Positions 22,060 to 31,886 of a DNA stretch of 64,000 bases are shown one piece after another. The notes beneath the pieces are model-generated. The model did not search any database. It had not been told where the DNA came from and saw only the letters and a program-made list of their open reading frames with translations. The first letter of the stretch is position 1; the number at the start of each line of letters is the position of its first letter. The translations under genes were made by a program, and so were the position numbers. Origin of the DNA: Saccharolobus solfataricus P2 (GTDB lineage Archaea; Thermoproteota; Thermoprotei_A; Sulfolobales; Sulfolobaceae). The stretch lies in NCBI RefSeq assembly GCF_000007005.1, contig NC_002754.1; one strand, 5' to 3'.

Positions 22060-22713
22060 ATGAAAAGAGGGTGGTTGTTTGACTTCGGAAAGAATATAAG
22101 AGAAGAAATTGATGATGGTAGAGCCAGTAGGGGAAGAGAATATGTAAGAAATGGTGCGGTGAGAAAGATAGAGATAAACCCTGGAAAAATAGCAGCCCAA
22201 GTTTCAGGCACAAAGTTATACGATGTTAATATATATGGTAATACTCTTTCTGAAGAAGATAAAAGAAAAGTGATAAATATAATTAATAAAAAAGGTTATT
22301 TATCGTCTCTGCTTTCCTATAAGTTTCCTACATCCATAATTGACGATTTAGATGAAGAAGGTATCGAGTTAATTCCAAGAAATTTATCTTATGAATGCAC
22401 TTGTCCAGATTACCAAAGACCTTGTAAGCACATATACGCCGTATATCTTACTGCATATGATATAATTAGTAATAACCCGCTTCTTTTATTTAAGTTTCTT
22501 GGTATAAATAAAGAGGAATTAATTTATGAGAAAGGACAGAAAATAATGCAGGAAATTTCAGTAAAAGACTTCCAGAGGAAATATGAATTTCCAAGTATAA
22601 AATTCGTGAACGCTAAGCCATGGAATAAGTTTGGCAATGATAAGGAAGTTGTAAAACACATGTATATGCTGATCATGAAAACTGCTGAGAGAAAAATAGA
22701 CGAACTTAAGTAA
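22060..22713 (+). CDS. SWIM zinc-finger protein coupled to SNF2
   Basis: CTCPDYQRPCKHIYAV; TAATG stop/start overlap with SNF2. Confidence 0.9.
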   Translation: MKRGWLFDFGKNIREEIDDGRASRGREYVRNGAVRKIEINPGKIAAQVSGTKLYDVNIYGNTLSEEDKRKVINIINKKGYLSSLLSYKFPTSIIDDLDEEGIELIPRNLSYECTCPDYQRPCKHIYAVYLTAYDIISNNPLLLFKFLGINKEELIYEKGQKIMQEISVKDFQRKYEFPSIKFVNAKPWNKFGNDKEVVKHMYMLIMKTAERKIDELK

Positions 22714-22722
22714 CGTCCTCCC

Positions 22723-22851
22723 GCTTAGTTAGTCTGTTGAATATTTTTAAATTAAATCACTATTATCTCCCTTTCAATTAATCTCAGGGTGTACAATTTA
22801 GGCTTGCGAGATCTCTCAACTCTTTGGGAAAATTCAACAAGTCCACAAAGC
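22723..22851. mobile_element. ~130-bp MITE (SM3-like)
   Basis: Inverted homologue of 54322-54449; terminus GTCCACAAAGC. Confidence 0.7.
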
Positions 22852-23094
22852 AGATTGAGAAAAAGTCATAAGTTTGTATATATAGAATATAAGACGTTAT
22901 TCTTCTAAAAGAAGTATGTAAATATTATTTAAGCTTATCTTGAAAGATAGGAACACAAGGAAAGGCGAGTAACTATAAAGACCTAAGGACTTAAGTTATA
23001 TGTATATAGGACAAAGCAGTTGTTTGAGAGAATAATGAAATCTGCAAGTGAAATACCTAGTGATTGTACAATTTATTCATGATCAGTTAAACGT

Positions 23095-23277
23095 TACTGT
23101 TTCCAGAAATTTGTTACACTTTATAATTCATTAATAAGTTTCTTATAAATAGTGATAACAAGGAATCAATTAATCAAGTTGATAAGCTTTATGTATTCAT
23201 TAAGGCCAATACAATGGAATTATTTTTAATGATATTTTATAAAATAATACTAGACTATAGACTTACTGGAAGTAGTA
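23095..23277. mobile_element. 183-bp MITE, divergent SM2-like type
   Basis: TIR TACTGTTTCCAG / CTGGAAGTAGTA; inverted copy at 47591-47773. Confidence 0.8.
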
Positions 23278-23320
23278 GTGAGTTTAGATACTAAAATATC
23301 AAGGAGCAAAAAGGGAATTA

Positions 23321-23600
23321 GTAAACTACCCAGCTTTACGACGGGGCATCCCCACCTCATGATTCTCTGCTTCTCTGAGCAATCTTTATCCCCCATAGTA
23401 GAGGTTCCATTGAACCTTCTATAATATATGGAAGAGGGGTTACGGCGAGTTCGCTCTACACAAGCACTAAGGGCAGACCCATGATCCAGCTCTTTCTGCC
23501 AAGGTCTGATTCATTTTTATCACTTTTTTGATAATAAACTTTTCTAAAAGGGTGCTATTCATCCAATGGTACGGGACTTTCGCCCCTCAACACCCGATAA
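23321..23600 (-). mobile_element. Internally deleted IS605-type mini-element (LE + promoter + omegaRNA-like RE, no tnpB)
   Basis: Minus strand: GGGTGTTGAGGGGCGAAAGTCCC LE, AAAAGTTTATTA TATA, tnpB 3'-like CCCTTAGTGCTTGTAGAGC, end GCTGGGTAGTTTAC. Confidence 0.6.
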
Positions 23601-23636
23601 GGTAAGGACGGCGTTATCACTACTTTGAAGTTCAGA

Positions 23637-23820
23637 TAGCATTTATAGGAAAATCGTTACACTTTTACGTTACGTTAAAAATATATAACGAATCTTTCCT
23701 GGTTAGATGAGAAATGTTTATTGATAAGCTATAATATTAAGAAGTACAATGAAAGATATTTATAAATACATGGATAAATATTTTGACTTTTTATGATAAG
23801 GGAATTTCCTAAAACTACTA
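23637..23820. mobile_element. SM2 MITE (ISC1217 termini)
   Basis: 184 bp, TAGCATTTATAGG...CCTAAAACTACTA, 6-bp TSD TTCAGA. Confidence 0.9.
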
Positions 23821-23956
23821 TTCAGATTACAAAACTATCTTTAGCGTACTTGAGGAGAGAAGTATGTAAGAGATCTTGATGTAAATTTGCTGGCCTAAGA
23901 ATAACTTCATCTTTATCTTAGAAAACTTTATATATTACTATAACTAGTTCCTAATA

Positions 23957-24196
23957 ATGGAAGAGGTTAAGGTAACGAGGAATTATCAGATTACCATACC
24001 TTATGAAATAAGGCAAAAATTAGGAATAAAAATAGGTGATAAGCTAATTGTGACAGTTGATGGAGACAAAATAGTTATTGAAAAGAAGAAGGGAAATATA
24101 TCTTCTCTAAACTTAACTTTAGGTAAGAAAATAACTGATGAGGAAATAAATGAGACAATAAATGAGGCTGGAAGAGAAATTGCAGACAGTAGTTGA
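23957..24196 (+). CDS. vapB: AbrB/SpoVT-type VapB antitoxin
   Basis: VKVTRNYQITIPYEIRQKLGIKIGD. Confidence 0.9.
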   Translation: MEEVKVTRNYQITIPYEIRQKLGIKIGDKLIVTVDGDKIVIEKKKGNISSLNLTLGKKITDEEINETINEAGREIADSS

Positions 24197-24542
24197 TACA
24201 AATTTTATAATAGCCATAATTTTTAGGGACCATGAGAAACATGAAGAAGCATTAAAGGAATGGGAAATTATTGAAAAAGCTTACTTGCCCCTAATTTCAC
24301 TATCAGAACTCTCCTATTTTCTAATAAAAAACGGCGTGAATCTTGAAGTAGTAAATGAGGTAATAAGCGATCCGAAAATTGAGATAGTCCCAAATACAAT
24401 AGAGGACGTTCGTTTTGCGTTAGCTAACAAAGAGAAAATAAAGGGATATGACGATTTTAACGACTTCCTAATACTCTCAACAGCTAAAAGGCTCGATCTA
24501 CCTTTACTTACTTTTGATAAAAAACTGAAAATGAAAAGTTAA
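24162..24542 (+). CDS. vapC: VapC PIN-domain toxin
   Basis: VVDTNFIIA, SELSY, NDFLILSTA, TFD. Confidence 0.9.
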   Translation: MRLEEKLQTVVDTNFIIAIIFRDHEKHEEALKEWEIIEKAYLPLISLSELSYFLIKNGVNLEVVNEVISDPKIEIVPNTIEDVRFALANKEKIKGYDDFNDFLILSTAKRLDLPLLTFDKKLKMKS

Positions 24543-24756
24543 CCGTATTCCAGAATCTGGGAGTGTTTTTACGCTGGCCTCATTTGATATTGACTAGTGG
24601 CAAAATTATACCGCATTATCGTAATATACTGTTTTCTCTTCAAGTAGATCTCGTTCAAGTGAGTTCCTCTCTTGAAGTAGGGATACATAACGCCGTGGAT
24701 AACAGTTTCGCATTGAGCGTAAAGTTTATATTAGTTCATTATAAATTTTTTATACA

Positions 24757-25338
24757 ATGCTAAGACCAAAGGAAGTATGCCAAAGACTAGGAATATCCTA
24801 CCCAACACTTAGGGAATACGTGAAGAAAGGATACATAAAACCGGTCATATTGCAGAGCGGAAAGTGGAGATTCAATGAGGAAGACGTAGAGAAATTAATG
24901 GGAATAGTAAAAAGGAGAAAAGTGGTACTTTACGCTAGAGTATCATCAAAACAAAAAGACGAGCTAGTGAACCAAGTAAAGTATTTAGAGGAACAAGTGA
25001 AAGAATACGACCTAGTAATTACTGACATAGGTTCCGGGTTAAACATGAAGAGAAAGGGATTCTTGAAATTGCTGAGAATGATATTAAACAACGAAGTATC
25101 ACGCGTAGTTATTGCTTACCCAGATAGGCTAGTTAGGTTCGGTTTCGAAATCCTAGAGGAGACTTGTAAAGCACATGGCTGTGAAATAGTAGTACTAAAC
25201 CAAGAGGACAAGACACCAGAAGAAGAATTGGTTGAAGACTTAGTCTCAGTACTAGTCTCGTTCAGCGAGAAACTGTATGGTATGAGAAGTCATAAATACG
25301 AGAAGGTGAAGAAATGTGCTGAAGAACTTAAGAATTAG
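24757..25338 (+). CDS. tnpA: IS607 TnpA serine recombinase
   Basis: N-terminal MerR-like HTH, YARVSS, DIGSG, DRLVRFG. Confidence 0.92.
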   Translation: MLRPKEVCQRLGISYPTLREYVKKGYIKPVILQSGKWRFNEEDVEKLMGIVKRRKVVLYARVSSKQKDELVNQVKYLEEQVKEYDLVITDIGSGLNMKRKGFLKLLRMILNNEVSRVVIAYPDRLVRFGFEILEETCKAHGCEIVVLNQEDKTPEEELVEDLVSVLVSFSEKLYGMRSHKYEKVKKCAEELKN

Positions 25339-26584
25339 AAAATTTGAACCGGAAGAGGAATACGTATATTTCACGTACTCCATCAAGAATAGTGAGAGGG
25401 AGAAGAGCAAAGAGTTAATTAAAGAATACAGAACACTACTACAGAAAGCAATTGACTACCTGTGGAGCTTAACGAAAATACAAGTAAGAAAAAAGAACGG
25501 TAATTACAAGATAACACTACCGAAGAAGAGGGAGGTGTACAAACCACTTAGGGACGAACTAGAGAAAATCAATCACCTCGCGTCACACTACGTCGATAAG
25601 GCAATTAATAACGCATTCTCAATCATCACATCATGGAGGAAAAGGGCCATAAAGGGGAGAGCTTCGATTGAAAAACCTACGTTAAAGAAGGCTTACGTTA
25701 AGGTTAAGTCTACACTTAGGAAGGTTGTTGGGGAAAGCGTTAGGATAACTGTAAGACCTCATGAGTACATCACCTTCTCGTGGAGTAAGTCATGGTTCTC
25801 AAGAAGGGTTAGGGAGTTGGAACTTGGTGAACCTATAATTAAGGAGGAGAAGGTTTACCTACCATTTCGTTACAAGTTACCTTGGGCAACACCAGTGAAC
25901 TTCCTGGCTATTGACTCCAACCTTTATACTCTAGATGCTTATGATGGTGAGAAATTCGTTACAATCTCTCTAAAGCAGTTGTACTCCCTTAAGTACTCCA
26001 TGGAGGTGAAGAGGGCTAAGGTGCAATCATTTGCATCTAAGCACACGAAGAGGGGGAGAGAGTTGTTAAGGAAGTATTCGCATAGGGAGAGGAATCGCGT
26101 TCTGGACTTCGTTCACAAGTTTGTTAACACTTTGTTGGACTTGTACCCCGTGACGTTTTTCGCTGTGGAAAAGCTTGATAAAGAGAGTATGTTTAAGGAT
26201 GCTAATGACTCTCTTTCGAGGAAGATTTCTAGGACTGTTTGGGGGAGTATACATAAAGTGTTGGAGTATAAGGCTCCGCTTTACGGTTCTTTCGTTAAGG
26301 AAGTGAACCCGTACCTCACCTCGAGGTCTTGCCCCAGATGTGGGTTTGTATCCCGAAAGGTTGGTAAGACCTTTGAGTGTGAGAGGTGCGGGTTCAAGTT
26401 GGATAGGCAATTGAATGCTTCACTGAATATTTATCTCAAGATGTGCGGATTCCCTCACATCCGTGACGTTCCACGGGTGTGGGTTGGGGTTATTCCGCTA
26501 ATGGGGCGGAGAGGGATGAACGTCCGTGACTTTGGTGAAGCCCAAGGGCTGAGGATTGATATTAAATATCATGAAATCCTATGA
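25316..26584 (+). CDS. tnpB: IS607-associated TnpB with RuvC-III Asp replaced by Gln
   Basis: AIDSN, AVEKL, CPRC..CERC, LDRQLNASLNI. Confidence 0.88.
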   Translation: MLKNLRIRKFEPEEEYVYFTYSIKNSEREKSKELIKEYRTLLQKAIDYLWSLTKIQVRKKNGNYKITLPKKREVYKPLRDELEKINHLASHYVDKAINNAFSIITSWRKRAIKGRASIEKPTLKKAYVKVKSTLRKVVGESVRITVRPHEYITFSWSKSWFSRRVRELELGEPIIKEEKVYLPFRYKLPWATPVNFLAIDSNLYTLDAYDGEKFVTISLKQLYSLKYSMEVKRAKVQSFASKHTKRGRELLRKYSHRERNRVLDFVHKFVNTLLDLYPVTFFAVEKLDKESMFKDANDSLSRKISRTVWGSIHKVLEYKAPLYGSFVKEVNPYLTSRSCPRCGFVSRKVGKTFECERCGFKLDRQLNASLNIYLKMCGFPHIRDVPRVWVGVIPLMGRRGMNVRDFGEAQGLRIDIKYHEIL

Positions 26585-26600
26585 AGCCCAAACCCCAGCG

Positions 26601-27150
26601 ACCAACTCGAAGTCATAGCTGACTTGAATAAACACCACAAAGGGAGGACAGTAAATTATTGCCAAAAGGGGAAAACAAGAGACTCAAAATTCCTCAAGAA
26701 GCAATAGAGAAGTACACCATAAACGGCATCAACTTTGAAGTCACGGACAACAAAGTGAAGTCCACAACGAATACCATAAAGGAATTAAAGGAGAAGGGAA
26801 AGATCGTCAAGAGGTTCTACTATAAGGACTATGACGCCAACGAGATTTACGAGACTGTGGATGAGGTAGTTATTTCCCCTAGAAAGAACGCTTCTACTAG
26901 ACTCGCTTCAAGGCGAAAGGCCGTTCTCGAGTTCTTAAGGTTGGGTTAAAATAGTTGGAAAGACGAGAAGGGTTACGGCTATAGATGATTCGTGGAGTCG
27001 ATTTTCTCAACGGTTAAGCGGACCTTTGGTGAGACGGTTAAAGTGACGAGTTTTTCTGGTTAGGTATTGGAGGTTATGTCCAGTTGGGCTTGGATGACCC
27101 ACATGGCCAATCCGTCGTAGCTAGGGCAAAGGAGATTATGGTCAAGGGTT
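26601..27150 (+). pseudogene. Degenerate IS5-family transposase remnant
   Basis: Fragments resembling D..YD.N..Y, VISPRKNAS, YGYRW.VE..FS; several frameshifts. Confidence 0.6.
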
Positions 27151-27234
27151 AACCTAATAAAATACTATAAAAACTGTTTATTCTCTATAAAAAATATAAA
27201 AAATGATTGCTCTACAATGCCATTCTATTGATGT

Positions 27235-28986
27235 TTATTGAACAGTCCCACTAAGTATCTTAGATCTTCGCATAATATTTCTTAAGTTTAATGTCTTATC
27301 GTAGTTTACTTTGCCGTTTTCAATTACTACACCATAAACTTTTTGTGCTATATCATGTGTAATATATTCATTTTTTACGTCTTGTAGAACTAGTTCCGGG
27401 TCTCTATCTAAAGGATCTCCCCAACCTCCTCCTCCCGCACTATGTAAACTTACTTTGTCCCCATACTCTAATTTTATCGCTGCTATCTTTCTGGCAACTC
27501 TGGGTTTTTCTCCTTTCTTATAAATCACTGCATAGTTTGGAGGACCACTAAATCCTCCATTAATTCCCCAGGGTGGAAATTTGGATCTTCCTATTGAGAC
27601 TGTAAAGTATGCCTCTTTAGATAATACTACGTAATCCTTAATAATTCCCAGACCTCCCCTATATTTTCCGTGACCGGGACCGTCTTCTGTATTTAGACTT
27701 TCTCTTTCAACTAAAATGGGCATTTTTCTTTCATAAACCTCTGCAGACGCTATATATGTTTCTCCATCACCGCTAGCTACTAGTGCGCTTTCCCCATCTT
27801 GATCATTACATCCTCCCCAACCGCCTGGTTGAGGTTCTACGATTGCAAAGGGTTCACCAGTCTTTTCATCATATCCTCCTAAGATTGTAGCTAATATTGA
27901 TAAAAAGTGTCCAGCAGATAATTTATCTGGTATATAGGGAGCTAGTGCTTTCCATACTAAATCTGTTGCGTATGACATTGACTCCCAGTATGTTGACGTC
28001 GGAGCTGGTTTTCTGGGATTGAATATACTTCCCTCCGGTGCTATCACTTTTAGAGGTGAAAAGAATCCTGCATTAGGTAAAGCATGAGGATCCGTTATAG
28101 CCATGTACGTCTCTCTAACTGCAGAAACAGTTGCAGGTAAAGGAGAATTTATAGGCCCATTGACTTGATTAGAGCTTCCGGTGAAGTCGACAATGAATTC
28201 GTTATCAGTTATGGAAACCCTTACCTTGACATAAACGGGGTTGTCGGAAATTCCATCATCGTCAATATAGTCTTCCGCTTCAAATTTACCTTTAGGTAAT
28301 TTCGCTAGTTTCAACTTGCTTAATTTGACCCCATCTTCTATGAGCTTATCCATAGCTTCAATTACGTTATCTAAGCCATATTTCTCAATAAGTGTGTTTA
28401 TTCTCCTTGCTGCAATTTTCATAGAAGCGATCTGGGCTTCCATGTCCCCTAATGTAGCATTAGGCATTCTGGAATTAGCAGATATTATATCAATTACGTC
28501 TCTATTGGGTTTTCCTCCAATGTATAATTTAATGTTTGGTAATTGAAGCCCCTCTTGGAATATTTCCGTGGCATCTGAACTCCAACTGCCGAAGTGCATT
28601 CCCCCAATTTCACTCCAATGCCCTTTATTTACTATGAACCCGACTAACGTATCCTTAGTGAACATAGGCATAATTAATGCGACGTCGTTGAGATGCGTAC
28701 CTCCAGAATATGGAATATTAGTAGCTATCACATCACCGGGATTTATATCGCTTTTCCACTTTCCTAATACCTCTCTTATCGTAAAGTCTAAAACCCCAGA
28801 GAACCCTGGTACTCCTGGTGCTTGCGCCACCAAACCTCTCCCCTTAGAATCAGTTATTCCAACAGCGTAATCCAGTACCTCATATATAACCGGACTTTTA
28901 GCGGTTCTTCCGAAAGCGTAAAACATTTCCTCAGACGCCACTACAAGGCCATTCTTTATAATTTCCAATGTAAATGGGTCTACCAT
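27235..28986 (-). CDS. hyuB: Hydantoinase B / 5-oxoprolinase subunit
   Basis: GDVIATNIPYSGGTHLND, KGHWSEIGG, GHGKYRGG, GGGGWGDP. Confidence 0.92.
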   Translation of the reverse strand: MVDPFTLEIIKNGLVVASEEMFYAFGRTAKSPVIYEVLDYAVGITDSKGRGLVAQAPGVPGFSGVLDFTIREVLGKWKSDINPGDVIATNIPYSGGTHLNDVALIMPMFTKDTLVGFIVNKGHWSEIGGMHFGSWSSDATEIFQEGLQLPNIKLYIGGKPNRDVIDIISANSRMPNATLGDMEAQIASMKIAARRINTLIEKYGLDNVIEAMDKLIEDGVKLSKLKLAKLPKGKFEAEDYIDDDGISDNPVYVKVRVSITDNEFIVDFTGSSNQVNGPINSPLPATVSAVRETYMAITDPHALPNAGFFSPLKVIAPEGSIFNPRKPAPTSTYWESMSYATDLVWKALAPYIPDKLSAGHFLSILATILGGYDEKTGEPFAIVEPQPGGWGGCNDQDGESALVASGDGETYIASAEVYERKMPILVERESLNTEDGPGHGKYRGGLGIIKDYVVLSKEAYFTVSIGRSKFPPWGINGGFSGPPNYAVIYKKGEKPRVARKIAAIKLEYGDKVSLHSAGGGGWGDPLDRDPELVLQDVKNEYITHDIAQKVYGVVIENGKVNYDKTLNLRNIMRRSKILSGTVQ

Positions 28987-28988
28987 TA

Positions 28989-31040
28989 TTAATCCCTCTC
29001 AATAATTAGATTGCCATAACTATCTAACATTCCCGTTTGCCCTTCTAATACTAACGATGTAGAAGTAGGATCTTCTATAATTGCTGGACCAACTATTTGA
29101 TAATTAATAGGTAAATATTCTTTATTATACACATTCCACTCCTCATATTTTCCATCATAGAATACCTTTCTTTTTCCGACCAACGCCTTATCAATACTTG
29201 AATTATCCCTCTCTATCCTCTTTAATACAATAGTCTTAGCTTTTACTATACCACTCACATGAAAGTTTACTATTTCGATTGGACTATCTAAGGTAAACGC
29301 ATATGCGATTTCGTGAGCTTCATGGAACCTTCTTTCTATCTCCTCCAATTCCCTATTCCCAATTTCCCCTGGCATTACACTCACTTTTACAGTATGTTCT
29401 TGGCCATAATATCTCATCTCAGCGTATCTTAGCATTATGATATCTTTCTCTTTGAATCCCTCCGATATTAATATGGACCTTATTTTGCTCTCTAATTCAT
29501 TAAATTTTTCATTTATCAAATCTACACTACTTTCCTTATCAATCCTCAAAGGATAGGATAAAACAAGGTCATGCCTAATGTCTGAAACAAGCATACCCCA
29601 TGCGGAGAATACTCCTGCTGGGAGAAATGGTACTATTATCTTCTTTATGTCTAATTCTTCTGCAACAAATGGAGCAAACATAGGGCCAGAGCCACCGTAT
29701 GCTACTAGCGTAAACTCTCTTGGATCATATCCTCTTTGAACTGATATTAACCTAACTGCATTTACAGCATTATCATTAGCAATTTTAACTATACCATAGG
29801 AGACTTCTTCAATAGACATGTTATAGTATTTAGCAATATTTGAAATAGCCTCCTCAGCAAGTCTTTTATTAACCTTTATTTTCCCTCCAAGTAGTTCCTC
29901 TTGATTTAGAAATCCACATACTATGTAAGCATCTGTCACAGTAACATCTTTACCTCCTTTCCCATAAGCTACTGGACCTGGGTAAGCACCAGCTGCTCTG
30001 GGTCCTACTTTTAAGTTACTTGTTTCATCAATCCGAGCAATACTCGTTCCACCATTACCTATTTCTACTATATCCAATGTTGGAACTTTTACTGGATACC
30101 CTGGGTTGTACTTATCTCTTCCAACATAGTAATCAGTATTTATATTGGGTTCCAGATTTCTCACTAGACTAGCCTTAGTTGTTGTACTTCCACCATCCAT
30201 TGCTATAATGTTTTTTTCTCCTAATATGTCGCTTATCTTAATTGCCCCAATAACTCCTGCTACTGGACCAGATTCTAAGGTATATATTGGAAATCTTTTA
30301 GCGTAGTCGAATGTGGCCATACCTCCGTTGGAAAGCATAGCGAAATAATTCCCTTTAAAACCTCTATTTTTAAATTCATTTTCAAGTTTACTTAAGTATT
30401 TACTCATTTTTGGCATAACGTATGCGTTAAGTACAGCGGTACTAGTTCTCTCGTACTCTCTCCACTCTCTAGTGACCTCATGAGATAACGTTACTATAAT
30501 ATTAGGATCAACTCTCTTAATAATCTCTCCTACCTTAAGTTCATGTATGGGATTAACGTAAGAATTGATAAAACTTACAGCAATGGCTTCTACGTTTTCC
30601 GCTTTTAGTTTTTTAATCGCCTCAACAACCTCGTTTTCGTTTAGAGACGTCAAAATATCGCCATTACTCTTTATCCTCTCGGTGACCTCTAGTCTTAAAT
30701 ACCTCGGAACAAAGGGAGTAGGTTTCTTATATCTGAAATTGTACATATCTCTTCTATTAGCCCTTTGGATTTCTAGGATATCTCTAAAGCCCTTAGTTGT
30801 GATTAGACCAACCTTTGCTCCTTTCCTTTCTACTATTGTGTTTATGGCTAATGTCTGACCGTGAATTATAGTATTTACATAACCTAAATTTACTTTGGCT
30901 TCATCTATTGCCTCCAGAACGCCGTTTGACGGGTCATCTGGCGTGGTTTCTACCTTTGCCCAACTTATTTCTCCGTTTTCTTCGTTATAGACCACTACGT
31001 CAGTGAAAGCGCCTCCTATATCTATGCCCACTCTTATCAT
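28989..31040 (-). CDS. hyuA: Hydantoinase A / 5-oxoprolinase ATP-binding subunit
   Basis: GIDIGGAFTD, HGQTLAIN, REYER, SGPVAG, DGGSTTT. Confidence 0.92.
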   Translation of the reverse strand: MIRVGIDIGGAFTDVVVYNEENGEISWAKVETTPDDPSNGVLEAIDEAKVNLGYVNTIIHGQTLAINTIVERKGAKVGLITTKGFRDILEIQRANRRDMYNFRYKKPTPFVPRYLRLEVTERIKSNGDILTSLNENEVVEAIKKLKAENVEAIAVSFINSYVNPIHELKVGEIIKRVDPNIIVTLSHEVTREWREYERTSTAVLNAYVMPKMSKYLSKLENEFKNRGFKGNYFAMLSNGGMATFDYAKRFPIYTLESGPVAGVIGAIKISDILGEKNIIAMDGGSTTTKASLVRNLEPNINTDYYVGRDKYNPGYPVKVPTLDIVEIGNGGTSIARIDETSNLKVGPRAAGAYPGPVAYGKGGKDVTVTDAYIVCGFLNQEELLGGKIKVNKRLAEEAISNIAKYYNMSIEEVSYGIVKIANDNAVNAVRLISVQRGYDPREFTLVAYGGSGPMFAPFVAEELDIKKIIVPFLPAGVFSAWGMLVSDIRHDLVLSYPLRIDKESSVDLINEKFNELESKIRSILISEGFKEKDIIMLRYAEMRYYGQEHTVKVSVMPGEIGNRELEEIERRFHEAHEIAYAFTLDSPIEIVNFHVSGIVKAKTIVLKRIERDNSSIDKALVGKRKVFYDGKYEEWNVYNKEYLPINYQIVGPAIIEDPTSTSLVLEGQTGMLDSYGNLIIERD

Positions 31041-31237
31041 TGATTAAGTTGTATTGTTTTAAAGATATTAAGCAGTCTAATAGTCTTCTGTGTCAGCAAG
31101 ATATTTTTAAAAGACTAAATAACACATGACGATATCCTTTCTTATTACCATAATATGCTTATTGTCAGACAATGATAGATTAGTCGAAAGAAAATTATAA
31201 ATAACAGTCATTTTTATATGTTTTATTATGTTGAGAA

Positions 31238-31717
31238 ATGTCATGGGAAGAAGTATTTCGAAATTATCTTGATGATAAAGATATAAGGATTTTGAAACTT
31301 TTAAATCAGGACGCAAATATTTCTGACGCTAAGCTTGGAAAATTAGTGGGACTATCAAAGACCGCTGTGAGATTAAGAAGAGTAAAGCTGCAAAATTCTG
31401 GTATTTTGAAAATAGTTGGCGTGGTAGTTTTACAAAACTTAGGTATTCCGTATGCAGACCTCTTGGTAAAGTTGAAGAATGATATAGTACTAAGGGAGCA
31501 ATTTATAAACAAACTAATTGCTAATGATCTAGTATATGAAGTGACTGAATACATGGGAGATTGGGATTTACTTATAAGATTATTTCATAACAATATCGCT
31601 AAGTTGAAGGACGAATCATTAAAAATTATTAGCGATAAGGCTGTTCAAGATTACAGAATTAGTTATGTAGTAAAAACTTATAAGGCATGGGGAAAATCGA
31701 TTCTTTCTAGTATATAA
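31238..31717 (+). CDS. Lrp/AsnC family transcription regulator
   Basis: LDDKDIRILKLL..DA.IS..KLGKLVGLS HTH; MGDWDLL. Confidence 0.9.
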   Translation: MSWEEVFRNYLDDKDIRILKLLNQDANISDAKLGKLVGLSKTAVRLRRVKLQNSGILKIVGVVVLQNLGIPYADLLVKLKNDIVLREQFINKLIANDLVYEVTEYMGDWDLLIRLFHNNIAKLKDESLKIISDKAVQDYRISYVVKTYKAWGKSILSSI

Positions 31718-31886
31718 ACCTTACTTGAAAACTCATAGTCTGATAGACTATATCTTCATAATTTTTTGGAATAGTAATAGTGTAGCAGTTGACAAAATAG
31801 TAGCGTTAATAATAGTTATTTTCCTAAAAAACCATTTCTTCTGAACTATCATAATGCTTTTATTTCATATTTAAACATTAGAAAAT

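Larger units (their letters stand above)
18159..22060 (+). pseudogene. SWI2/SNF2 ATPase interrupted by ISC1173
   Basis: DDMGLGKT, DEAQ, LTGTPIEN and motifs V/VI (AGGFGINL, QATDRVYRIGQ); removing the IS and one TSD restores KKERDDIISKFQ. Confidence 0.92.
24718..26600 (+). mobile_element. IS607-family element (ISC1904-like)
   Basis: tnpA + tnpB; AGCG at both putative junctions; boundaries approximate. Confidence 0.8.
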
